Of a DNA stretch of 64,000 nt, positions 48,196 through 57,351 are shown piece by piece. A program made the translations under genes and the position numbers. Source of the stretch: Sphingobacterium sp. (GTDB taxonomy: Bacteria > Bacteroidota > Bacteroidia > Sphingobacteriales > Sphingobacteriaceae); the NCBI GenBank assembly GCA_052092145.1, contig JBQDCW010000001.1, positions 181,360-245,359 of the forward strand. Direction: 5' to 3'. Positions within the stretch are counted from its first letter, which is position 1. Each line of letters opens with the position of its first letter. The notes under the pieces were generated by a model. That model was not told where the DNA came from and did not search any database. It saw only the letters and a program-made list of their open reading frames with translations.

Positions 48196-49167
48196 ATGAC
48201 CACAGAAATCAAGAAACGTTTTGATCGGATTGTCGAGATCCTCATCCAATTGCAATCGCGGCGTTTAGTGAAAGCGAAGGATTTAGCCGATCATTTTCAG
48301 GTAAGTTTGAGAACAATCTATCGGGATATCAGAAGTCTAGAACAGGCTGGCGTTCCACTAATCGGAGAGGCTGGACTCGGGTATAGTCTCGTAGATGGGT
48401 ATCGTTTACCGCCGGTATCCTTTACGAAGGAGGAAGCATTAAGTTTTGCCTCTACCGAGAAATTGGTGCACCAATTCTTGGACAAAAAAACAGCATCAGT
48501 ATACGATTCAGCTCTTTCAAAGATTCGAGCAGTACTTAAGCGCAGAGAAGTAGAACTTATGGATGTGCTGGAGGGGCAGATCGTCGTAAATAAACAAGGT
48601 CCTGCTCTTTTTCCGGATAAAGTACCTCATGTTTTGAGTAGCACAGTGGAAGCGATTGCATCCAAAAGGCAATTGGAAGTCGCCTATCAAGGTGTTCGGG
48701 ACGAGCAGTCCCGCATCCGTCAGATAGAACCCATTGGTATCCTTCATGAAATGGGGTTTTGGTTTATCATCGCGTATTGTTTAGAACGAAAGGATTTTAG
48801 ACAATTTCGCAGCGATCGTATACAACAAATTGAGCTTCTAAATACATTTTGTTCCGCCAGTCACACGACGATGGATGAGTTTATTGCCACGCGTCGGTCC
48901 TATCGCGAATTGCCCAAGACTGAGGTACGGCTGTTGGTTGATAAGTCGTTTGCGCATTATATGCAGGGGCAAAGAAACCAGTATGGTTTCCTTAGCGAGC
49001 GCCCGGTCGATGACCAAGTCGAAATGATTTTCGCTTCCGGAGATATCGAACAAGCTTTGCCACGTTGGCTATTAATGTTTGGTGACAAGGTTGAAATCGT
49101 AGAACCTCAAGCACTTCGCGATAATTTCAGGAAGCTGGTCGAGAAAATAGCGAGTCGATTACAGTAG
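48196..49167 (+). CDS. YafY-family transcriptional regulator (HTH plus WYL domain)
   Basis: 323-aa ORF with the N-terminal DeoR-type HTH AKDLADHFQVSLRTIYRDIRSLEQAGVPL and a WYL-like core EPIGILHEMGFWFIIAYC...FRQFRSDRI. Confidence 0.85.
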   Translation: MTTEIKKRFDRIVEILIQLQSRRLVKAKDLADHFQVSLRTIYRDIRSLEQAGVPLIGEAGLGYSLVDGYRLPPVSFTKEEALSFASTEKLVHQFLDKKTASVYDSALSKIRAVLKRREVELMDVLEGQIVVNKQGPALFPDKVPHVLSSTVEAIASKRQLEVAYQGVRDEQSRIRQIEPIGILHEMGFWFIIAYCLERKDFRQFRSDRIQQIELLNTFCSASHTTMDEFIATRRSYRELPKTEVRLLVDKSFAHYMQGQRNQYGFLSERPVDDQVEMIFASGDIEQALPRWLLMFGDKVEIVEPQALRDNFRKLVEKIASRLQ

Positions 49168-49168
49168 C

Positions 49169-50536
49169 CTAATCGTCAATATACGGATGTTGCCAAGGGC
49201 TTCTATAACTTCGGCGTAGCCGTTGGGTTGCTTCTTGATCGTCCAAACAAATACGTTTGTCCGGGTCGTATACCACCGGTCGACCCAGTTCCATCGATAT
49301 ATTAGCCAAGATACAACAAGCGGTTGATATATGGCCCTGCAAAACGTCTGCCCGGGGCAACTGATCTTCCGCTATGGCAAGAAGCAGGTCCTCCATATGC
49401 CTTCGGGTTGCCGGTGCAGCGTTGAGTTCAATCCTTGGCTCTTCTAAATCTTCGGGATATTCTTCTTTTTCATAAACCACATCTCGAACAATCTTTTCAC
49501 CTTCCACAGGAATAAACTCATATTTCATCGTACTCCCTTTGAGCGTCCCGAGTTCTCCATGCAGAATGAAAGCCCAGGGGTATTCCGGGTCGCTTGGTGT
49601 ACCCCAGGTGCGGTGTTGCCATACACAATCCAATTCATCGTAATGGAAAATTGCCGTTTGGGTATCTGCGATATTCGATTTTCCCGATTTTTGGACAAAA
49701 ATACCTCCACTAGCGGAGATTTTTTTTGGCCAGTTTAAATCGAGCATCCAACGGACCGTATCGAACATATGCACACACATATCACCGGTAATTCCATTTC
49801 CATATTCCATAAACGCTCGCCACCAACTTCCGTGGGGCAGCCCGTCGTACGGCCGTAATGGCGCAGGTCCTGTCCACATCTGATAGTCGAGGAAATCTGG
49901 CACCGGTTCTTCGGGCGGGTTGGCATCACTTTTCATATGGTAATAGCAACACATCTCGACATGGGAAATTTTCCCCAATAGCCCCTTGTCGACAATCTCT
50001 TGCTTCGCTTCGAGCATATGCGGGGTACTTCGTCTTTGCGTTCCTACTTGTACCTTTCGATTATATCGTCGCGCGGCTGCAACAACAGCCTCTCCTTCTA
50101 GCACGTCGACGCTGACGGGTTTCTGGAGGTATACGTGCGCGCCCGCCTCCATGGCGGCAATGGCTTGTAAGGCGTGCCAGTGGTCAGGTGTTCCGATGAG
50201 GACCAAGTCAAGTTTATTCTCCGCTAATAATTTTCTGTAGTCTGCATATTTCTTAGGCTGTTTTTTTGAAGATTGCCGAACGGCGATCAATTCAGCGGCT
50301 TGGTCAAGATGCCTGCTGTCGACATCGCAAATCGCAACGACTTCAACATCCTTGACTTGAAGTAAGCGAAACAGGTCACTTTTTCCATACCAGCCGGTAC
50401 CGATCAAGGCAACACGCTGTACGGTAATCTTGGATGGATTGGTATTCGCTAAGGCGCTCCCACCCATAGCCGCCCAGGACATCAGGGCACCGGTGCCAAC
50501 GATGAACTGCCTGCGATTTAGGTTTTCTTTAGGCAT
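49169..50536 (-). CDS. Tat-exported Gfo/Idh/MocA-family NAD-dependent oxidoreductase
   Basis: The ATG at 50536 gives MPKENLNRRQFIVGTGALMSWAAMGGSALA (twin-arginine signal). The Rossmann motif is VALIGTGWYGKSD. The track start at 50578 adds 14 residues. Confidence 0.85.
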   Translation of the reverse strand: MPKENLNRRQFIVGTGALMSWAAMGGSALANTNPSKITVQRVALIGTGWYGKSDLFRLLQVKDVEVVAICDVDSRHLDQAAELIAVRQSSKKQPKKYADYRKLLAENKLDLVLIGTPDHWHALQAIAAMEAGAHVYLQKPVSVDVLEGEAVVAAARRYNRKVQVGTQRRSTPHMLEAKQEIVDKGLLGKISHVEMCCYYHMKSDANPPEEPVPDFLDYQMWTGPAPLRPYDGLPHGSWWRAFMEYGNGITGDMCVHMFDTVRWMLDLNWPKKISASGGIFVQKSGKSNIADTQTAIFHYDELDCVWQHRTWGTPSDPEYPWAFILHGELGTLKGSTMKYEFIPVEGEKIVRDVVYEKEEYPEDLEEPRIELNAAPATRRHMEDLLLAIAEDQLPRADVLQGHISTACCILANISMELGRPVVYDPDKRICLDDQEATQRLRRSYRSPWQHPYIDD

Positions 50537-50914
50537 AAGTTTATAATTTGAATACAGCTTTAAACTGAAGGTCCGCAAATTGCAGTTTACAACCAGGATC
50601 CTCTACTCTCTGAAGGTACAGATTTCTTCTATTTCATACAAGTATTTCAGGGAAGCGGTTCAGGACTTGAAATTTCACACAGCCTCCGGGAGGGTATCCA
50701 AACGACAACGGGGGCATCGCGATCATTCCGGTATACAAAAGTCGGATCTGCGATCAGCCTTTTGGAAATAATAAAAAACGATAATATGAACCCATGCGCA
50801 ACAAGCATACGACTCATTCGCTCATTTTTGGAATCGACCAGACATTAATCTGCAATTGACATACGCCTCCTGTTTCCCAATAGATCTATTGAAATTGTAA
50901 GCGATAAATTACGC

Positions 50915-51202
50915 TTAATCCAGTAGTTCGCAATTAAAACCGCAAACATTGACGGTGTTAATGATCTCGAAAGTGTCAAAGGTTTCGGCCTCTACTCGAA
51001 GAATACGATCACAGTCCTCAAGATCGAAAGTGATCATTATAGGACGGATCAGGTGTTGTAGAATAGCAATTAAATCAGCCGCTTCCCGGGAATGATTAAC
51101 ATTGGTGCGAAAAATGCCAACCATCACCGTCTCCTTCGTCAAATCATTCGAATCGCCTTGCGCTACTTTGTCGGATTGTTTGAAATAGGTGAATATTCCC
51201 AT
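50915..51202 (-). CDS. Small hypothetical protein, ferredoxin/HMA-like fold (paralog of 1194..1457)
   Basis: 95-aa ORF. The internal ATG at 51124 gives MVGIFRTNV..., parallel to MVKVFITDL of the paralog. The shared core is I(S/T)FDL..(6-aa indel)..ILR(I/V)....F....II.TV...GFNC(D/E)(I/L)L. Confidence 0.5.
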   Translation of the reverse strand: MGIFTYFKQSDKVAQGDSNDLTKETVMVGIFRTNVNHSREAADLIAILQHLIRPIMITFDLEDCDRILRVEAETFDTFEIINTVNVCGFNCELLD

Positions 51203-51418
51203 TTTGTTCCTTAGGTTATATGTTTATACTGAATACTAAACTAATTTATAGTGCGAGTTTAACCTATGTTTTTTCGACCAACAGCATAAAAAATTATACG
51301 AAAGGCAGTTTTTGATCGGTAAATGCACCAGATTGCTCGTTTGTGATAAAGTAAAAGAATAGCAATCCGGATCAATTTCGTATAGAAATTAGCGCCATTG
51401 GTCGAAAAAAAAGGGTAA

Positions 51419-52537
51419 TTGCGATCATTTCACCTACCTTTAATTGCTCATGGTATTCACGAATCAACTGAAATGGAAGAGGAACTGCTGAACGTAAAAA
51501 ATCGACGACTCATTTTATTTTGGACCGCTACGCGGTACCGCGCGGTTCGGCATCTTATTTTCTTGGTTGCGTTCTTTGTCTTTTTATGGCAAAGTAGCTT
51601 ACGGCATGAATTTGTTGGTCACAGTCGCTTCCTGGCAGTGCTAATTATCAACAGTGTATTTGTTTGGATGTTTTACACCAACATGTATATCTTGGTTCCC
51701 TATTTATTTATGAGGGGACGACATCTCCTTTACGTGATTTCATTAGCACTTTTAGTCGGGTTAGAAATGTCCGTTTTAGCGATAATTTTTGAACACCTAT
51801 TTGATACCGAAGGACTCCGAAAAACACATGAATGGCGAGACGTTGTCGATGCTGCGTTCATTGCGATGTTAATTATTTTCGCTAGTACCGGTATGAAACT
51901 ATTCCAACGTTGGGCGGTCGATGTAGCTCGGATTGCGGAATTGCAACAGCTTTCTCACGACTTGGAACTGAGTGTGTTAAAAAATCAGATCAACCCGCAT
52001 TTTCTTTTCAATATGCTTAATAATGTCAAAAGTTTAACTCGAAAAGACCCGGAGATGGCCGGAATGGTTATCGTGAAACTCTCCGATTTTCTGAGATATC
52101 AGATTTACGGCAAAGATGATGAAAAGATCCTCTTTACATCTGAGATCGAGTTTTTGTCCAATTTCCTGGATTTGGAAAAAATTCGGAGAGAGAACTTTCG
52201 AGTAGGTATTGAGATTCAAGAGCAAGAGGCCACCTCAAAGGAATTGTTAATTCCCGCTAATTTGTTTACCACGTTTGTTGAAAACGCTATTAAATATAGT
52301 GTGGACCCGGATGGTCGCGGATCGTTTATCGAATTAATATTCGAGCTAGATGATCACACGCTACGGTTCACCTGTCGGAATTCATTATGCCTGCAAGAGC
52401 TTCCAGAGCAAGTGGCCGGCGGTTTGGGCCTGGCTAACATTCGAAGACGTCTGGATTTATTGTTCGAAAATCGCTATCATTTAGAAACGCGTTCTGAAAC
52501 GGATGTATTTATCGTCTATCTAGAAATTGAATTATGA
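51419..52537 (+). CDS. LytS/YehU-type sensor histidine kinase (membrane-embedded sensor)
   Basis: 372-aa ORF with four or five N-terminal TM helices, then VLKNQINPHFLFNMLNNV (His_kinase motif) and an HATPase region GGLGLANIRRR. The track start is TTG; an in-frame ATG is at 51473. Confidence 0.85.
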   Translation: MRSFHLPLIAHGIHESTEMEEELLNVKNRRLILFWTATRYRAVRHLIFLVAFFVFLWQSSLRHEFVGHSRFLAVLIINSVFVWMFYTNMYILVPYLFMRGRHLLYVISLALLVGLEMSVLAIIFEHLFDTEGLRKTHEWRDVVDAAFIAMLIIFASTGMKLFQRWAVDVARIAELQQLSHDLELSVLKNQINPHFLFNMLNNVKSLTRKDPEMAGMVIVKLSDFLRYQIYGKDDEKILFTSEIEFLSNFLDLEKIRRENFRVGIEIQEQEATSKELLIPANLFTTFVENAIKYSVDPDGRGSFIELIFELDDHTLRFTCRNSLCLQELPEQVAGGLGLANIRRRLDLLFENRYHLETRSETDVFIVYLEIEL

Positions 52538-53253
52538 CCTGTATTATTATCGACGATGAGCCTCTTGCACGTGAGGAAATGGCGTATCTGATCGGAAAAT
52601 GGTCGGATTTAAAAATCACGGGCACCTTTGCAAATCCCTTAAGAGCAATGGATTTTCTAGAGACCAATTCGGTCGATCTGGTTTTTCTAGATATAGAGAT
52701 GCCAATGTTCACCGGACTGGATTTTGCAAAAAGTATCGGCGATAGAGCGATGATCATTTTCACGACCGCATATCCCCAGTATGCGTTAAAAAGTTATGAA
52801 TTAGAGGTTGTCGACTATCTCATGAAACCTGTTGATAATCAGCGACTCATTAGAGCGATAGGAAAAGCGAAGCGGCTACAGCAGCCGGCTAAAGGCCAGG
52901 AGAAAATATTCGAGGAACTCGAGGAAACCATTTTGGTTCGTTCCGACCGGCGTTACCATAAAGTGCAATTATCGCAGATTCTTTTTATAGAAGGGCTGAA
53001 AGATTATGTGGTCATACATGAAAAGCAGCAACAAATTATAACAGCAATGAATCTCAAGAATATCTATAAAGAACTGCCGGTCAATCGTTTTCTTAGGGTG
53101 AGCAAATCCTATATCATTAATCTGGATCACGTGGAGACATTTGACTCGACAAGCATCCAATTAGCTGGCCACATCATTCCCTTGGGAGCGGTCTATAGAA
53201 ATGAATTTTTAGCACGATATCTCGGCCCCTCACCTGCCCCGGGTGAAAAATGA
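52534..53253 (+). CDS. LytTR-family DNA-binding response regulator
   Basis: 239-aa ORF overlapping the kinase stop (ATGA). The receiver reads CIIIDDEPLAREE...FLDIEMP. The LytTR domain reads ILFIEGLKDYVVIH...RVSKSYIINLDHV. Confidence 0.9.
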   Translation: MTCIIIDDEPLAREEMAYLIGKWSDLKITGTFANPLRAMDFLETNSVDLVFLDIEMPMFTGLDFAKSIGDRAMIIFTTAYPQYALKSYELEVVDYLMKPVDNQRLIRAIGKAKRLQQPAKGQEKIFEELEETILVRSDRRYHKVQLSQILFIEGLKDYVVIHEKQQQIITAMNLKNIYKELPVNRFLRVSKSYIINLDHVETFDSTSIQLAGHIIPLGAVYRNEFLARYLGPSPAPGEK

Positions 53254-53427
53254 AGCTATACCTGATTTCGAACAGCATTTTTGTCTAAGCGATCATTTTT
53301 GGTTTTTTCTTGACTTATTAAATTCCGATCATTAATTTAGTACCTGTTTTTTTATCACAATGCCAGAATAAATCTTACATCATTTGAGGCTATTATTTTT
53401 GTCAACCATAAATTTAGTTATTAAATC

Positions 53428-54279
53428 ATGTTATACCGACTCTTGTTTAACCACTGGCTTCATTCGTTTCTGAAGCTAAACCTATGCATTCTATTTCTGT
53501 TAAACACGCTATTCGTTGGTGTTTTGCAAGCACAAAATGCGGATCAATCGGCTTTTTCGGCTAGGCTGATCAATCTAGAGGGCTCTTTGAACGATCCATT
53601 TCGATTTCAGGCCACGCTAACAAACACCGCTGCTAAGGCCGAAATCTTTCAAATCGCTACGGATCTTCCTGAAGGGTGGCGGGCAAATTTCACCACGATG
53701 GGAAGTCGAGTCACGTCCGTTCAGGTCGAAGCTGGAGCCGAACAAGAAATTACAATGGAAGTTTTCCCTTCACCATCAGCCAAACCGGGTAATTATAAGG
53801 TTCCGCTACGAGTAAACTCACCAAGCGCACATCATGAACTTGTTTTTCAGGTGGCGATCACCGGTACTTTTGATTTGCAGCTAACAACCCCCAATGGACG
53901 AGTGAGCAACGAATTGGTCTCGGGAAGTAGTAAAAGTTTTGTGTTAACAGTAAAAAACACGGGAAGCCTGCCTTTAGCTGATCTAGAGATAGGATCACGT
54001 TTACCTTCAAAATGGGAAGCCACATTTGATCCCATTAAGATCGATCAGATCCCACCAGGGCAATCCTCGGATGTGCAGGTCCACACGAAGGTTCCCGAGA
54101 AAACTATCGCCGGTGATTATATGGCAAAATTTACGGTAAAAAATGCGAACAAGGAGACAGACTTGGACTATAGGTTAACCGTCAAAACATCGATACTATC
54201 CGGGTGGATCGGTATCCTTGTTATTGCACTGGCATTGGCGCTCGTCTATTACCTTATTCGAAAATACGGCCGGCGCTAG
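53428..54279 (+). CDS. Membrane-anchored surface protein with two NEW3/CARDB-like Ig-fold repeats
   Basis: 283-aa ORF with a signal peptide and two internally similar modules of about 100 aa (F.ATLTN...LPEGWRANF...GNYKVPLRV and FVLTVKN...LPSKWEATF...GDYMAKFTV). A C-terminal TM and basic tail follow (ILVIALALALVYYLIRKYGRR). Confidence 0.6.
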   Translation: MLYRLLFNHWLHSFLKLNLCILFLLNTLFVGVLQAQNADQSAFSARLINLEGSLNDPFRFQATLTNTAAKAEIFQIATDLPEGWRANFTTMGSRVTSVQVEAGAEQEITMEVFPSPSAKPGNYKVPLRVNSPSAHHELVFQVAITGTFDLQLTTPNGRVSNELVSGSSKSFVLTVKNTGSLPLADLEIGSRLPSKWEATFDPIKIDQIPPGQSSDVQVHTKVPEKTIAGDYMAKFTVKNANKETDLDYRLTVKTSILSGWIGILVIALALALVYYLIRKYGRR

Positions 54280-54345
54280 TCTGCTGTGGTCGAATCGTCC
54301 AATGACACAGCCGAGACGATGCTATACAGATATTGAAACAATTTA

Positions 54346-55368
54346 TTGCGTGAAAGAATGGCGAAGAAAATGAACGATCCAATTATTGAACTCCGTGGTC
54401 TCAGAAAATGTTACGGATCTTTAATCGCGGTTGATCATCTTGATCTTAAAATTCAGCAAGGGGAAATATTTGGTTTATTGGGCCCTAATGGTGCTGGAAA
54501 AACCACGACAATTTTAATGATGCTTGGTCTGTCCGAACCGACAGCAGGCGAGGCCATGGTCTGTGGTTTCAATGCAACGCGCCAGCCAATTGAGGTCAAG
54601 CGTAAGGTAGGCTATCTACAGGATAATGTCGGTTTTTATGACGATCTGACTGCATTACAAAATTTATCCTTAATAGCGCGCCTTAACGGAATTGAGGAAA
54701 CGACGGTTGAAAAAAGATCTTTAAGCTTACTACAGACGGTCGGGCTAGGCGATGTGTCGCAGAGAAAGGTTGCAACGTTCTCCCGAGGTATGAAACAACG
54801 TCTTGGCCTGGCGGATGTACTAATTAAGGAACCCTCGGTTATTATTTTGGACGAACCAACTTTAGGTATTGACCCTAGTGGTGTTAACGAGTTTTTGCAA
54901 TTGATCAAAACTTTAAGTACTGATCAAAACCTCACCGTATTATTGTCCTCTCACCATTTACAACAAGTACAACGTGTATGTGACCGAGTTGGTATCTTCG
55001 TTAAGGGTAAACTTTTGGTTGAGGGATCGATCAGTGGTTTGGCCAAAAACCTGTTGGACCGTGACGGGCATTCCACGTGGGTAGAATTAGAGGAAGAGTT
55101 GAGTGATCCAACGCAGTTGGAAGAAGCGCTGGCGGAACTCCCTGGATTTATTGAACTCACCATTAAAGGATTGAATCTGGAAATCAAGACAACCGACAGA
55201 CAAACCTCAAAAATCATTCAGACCATGGTGCAAAATGGCGCCAAAATTATTGGTGTAGGTCAGAAAAGCTATGGGCTGGATGAGTTATATGAAAAATATT
55301 TTGAAAATCAAGTGGACAACAACGTGACCCATGAAAAATCAAATAGTTTCTTCAAAGGAGCATTTTAG
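54346..55368 (+). CDS. ABC transporter ATP-binding protein
   Basis: 340-aa ORF with Walker A GPNGAGKTT, signature FSRGMKQR, Walker B VIILDEPT, and a C-terminal extension of about 110 aa. An ATG at 54358 is an alternative start. Confidence 0.9.
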   Translation: MRERMAKKMNDPIIELRGLRKCYGSLIAVDHLDLKIQQGEIFGLLGPNGAGKTTTILMMLGLSEPTAGEAMVCGFNATRQPIEVKRKVGYLQDNVGFYDDLTALQNLSLIARLNGIEETTVEKRSLSLLQTVGLGDVSQRKVATFSRGMKQRLGLADVLIKEPSVIILDEPTLGIDPSGVNEFLQLIKTLSTDQNLTVLLSSHHLQQVQRVCDRVGIFVKGKLLVEGSISGLAKNLLDRDGHSTWVELEEELSDPTQLEEALAELPGFIELTIKGLNLEIKTTDRQTSKIIQTMVQNGAKIIGVGQKSYGLDELYEKYFENQVDNNVTHEKSNSFFKGAF

Positions 55369-56338
55369 AGAAAATAAAATCAAAAATAATCGATCAGTAC
55401 TGGGCGTATTGGTTAACAAAGAGATATCGTCTCACATCAGGAGCTGGCGGTTGGTCGTACTGATTTTATTAATCATTTTTACCTTTGTAGCGTCGATGTA
55501 TGTATCAATGAGTAACATCAAATCAGTGGTAGCGGGTAATGGTGATTCAAGCTCAAATCTCATTTACTTGAAATTTCTGACCGCTTCTGACAATGCCATT
55601 CCCCCATTTCATGTTTTTTTGAATTTTTTAGCTCCACTTCTCGGGATTGCTCTGGGATTTGATGCGATTAATACGGAGAAGAATACAGGTACCTTGACTC
55701 GAATCATGGCCCAACCGATTTATCGGGACAATCTGCTGATTGGAAAATTTATTTCTCCGCTTGTACTGGTGGCCAGCTTTTTCATTGCTCTAACGCTGTT
55801 AATGGTTGGTAGCGGAATGCTATTAACAGGGGTCTCCATGGAACCCCAAGAATTATTACGTCTGATCGGATTTGTGGCAATCAGTATACTATACGTCGGA
55901 TTTTGGCTTAGTTTATCCATCTTATTCTCGGTGGTATTTAGTCAGCCATCTACGGCAGCCATCAGTGCTTTCGGAATCTGGTTGTTTTTTACAATCTTCT
56001 TTCCTATTGTGGTCAACATGAGTATTCGTGCTTTCTTGCCAAATCCGCAATTCCTCTCCGAAGCTCAACTTATTGCGCACAACGAGCTGATTCTAAATTT
56101 GCTTCGTATTTCTCCTAGCCAATTATACTCAGATGCGACAACAACCTTGTTAATGCCGTCCGTTCGAAGTCTCGGTCCGATAACGATGGAACAAACCGTC
56201 GGCGCTCTTCCCTCCAGTCTCGGTGTGACCGATAGTTTACTCGTGGTGTGGCCACAAATTACTGGATTAACGGCAGCAAGTGTTGTTTGTTTTGCGTTAA
56301 CTTACTATTTATTCATGCGTAGGGAGATTCGAAGCTGA
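55331..56338 (+). CDS. ABC-2-type transporter permease
   Basis: 335-aa ORF with an N-terminal TM, an extracytoplasmic loop, then five TM helices. It overlaps the ATPase gene by 38 nt. Confidence 0.75.
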   Translation: MKNQIVSSKEHFRENKIKNNRSVLGVLVNKEISSHIRSWRLVVLILLIIFTFVASMYVSMSNIKSVVAGNGDSSSNLIYLKFLTASDNAIPPFHVFLNFLAPLLGIALGFDAINTEKNTGTLTRIMAQPIYRDNLLIGKFISPLVLVASFFIALTLLMVGSGMLLTGVSMEPQELLRLIGFVAISILYVGFWLSLSILFSVVFSQPSTAAISAFGIWLFFTIFFPIVVNMSIRAFLPNPQFLSEAQLIAHNELILNLLRISPSQLYSDATTTLLMPSVRSLGPITMEQTVGALPSSLGVTDSLLVVWPQITGLTAASVVCFALTYYLFMRREIRS

Positions 56339-56715
56339 TTGACAAGCCTAGCCGGAAAGCTCTATAATCAAGTGGAAACCTGCAGTACTGTTTTTTTCCA
56401 ACAAACCAATCCCTGTTGATCCTTCATAAAGGCCCATAAGCGGATCCCTTTTAACAATTGGCTGTCTCTGGTCTAACATTCTGTTGGTTCGGCGTGAGAC
56501 GCCAGATGATGGTTTTGACATTGCTTTGACTGGCAATGCATCTGATAATCGTAGTTTAGGTAAAGTAAATCTTTGAATTCGAGCGACGAAAAATAGGACT
56601 TAAAGTGTGAAATTCGTCTGGCTTACCGATAAACTTAAAATGATAAAATTCTGGGTGATGTCAACCTATAAAGAATGTACCAGATTTCAACTTTACTACC
56701 AATAAATTCATATCC

Positions 56716-57351
56716 ATGATAAATAGACAGCATATTCAAGATGTCTTAACCGACCTGCATCGACGCGCTGAAGCGAATCGTCAAGAAAGGGAACGCATTT
56801 TAGAGGGATTAATTGACGACGATAAACGTAGAAAAAAGCAAGCGGAACTTCGGAGCACGGCGTACCTATCCATCAGTGCTGAGCAAGGGGATTTTGTGTA
56901 TTTAGCCGCTCGAAGTATCAGAGCCAAACATATTGTCGAGTTCGGTTGCTCATTCGGTATTTCGACGATTTATTTAGCCTGGGCCGCTGAGCATAGTGGC
57001 GGAACGGTAACAACAACGGAATTGGAAAGCCAAAAATGGGACCGTGCAACGCGTAATCTACAACGTGCAGATTTGGATCATCGTGTAACTTTATTAAAAG
57101 GAGACGCTCTTGAGACGCTGAAAAATGTTGTTGGGCCGGTCGACTTGTTGTTTCTGGATGGCGAAAAAAGTCTGTACCTGCCCGTTTTTAATTTGTTACG
57201 GTCCAAACTGCGCGCCGGTAGTATGGTCATTGCGGATAACATTGATCGAGAAGACGCGAGATCATTCGTACAGTTGATGAAGGACAATCCTGATCAATAT
57301 GTCTCTGTCACATTATTTGAGGGGCGGATATTGCAAGTTTTGGTGCTGTAG
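56716..57351 (+). CDS. Class I SAM-dependent O-methyltransferase (family 3-like)
   Basis: 211-aa ORF with motif I IVEFGCSFGIST and LLFLDGEK, typical of the CCoAOMT-like fold. Confidence 0.7.
   Translation: MINRQHIQDVLTDLHRRAEANRQERERILEGLIDDDKRRKKQAELRSTAYLSISAEQGDFVYLAARSIRAKHIVEFGCSFGISTIYLAWAAEHSGGTVTTTELESQKWDRATRNLQRADLDHRVTLLKGDALETLKNVVGPVDLLFLDGEKSLYLPVFNLLRSKLRAGSMVIADNIDREDARSFVQLMKDNPDQYVSVTLFEGRILQVLVL

Noticed and set aside
56348-56536. 62-aa minus-strand ORF, plus the other 60-70-aa ORFs in gaps (6633..6857, 10770..10958, 50580..50771)
   Set aside because: They have no recognisable motifs, signal peptides or coupling to neighbours, and their composition is typical of random intergenic ORFs.
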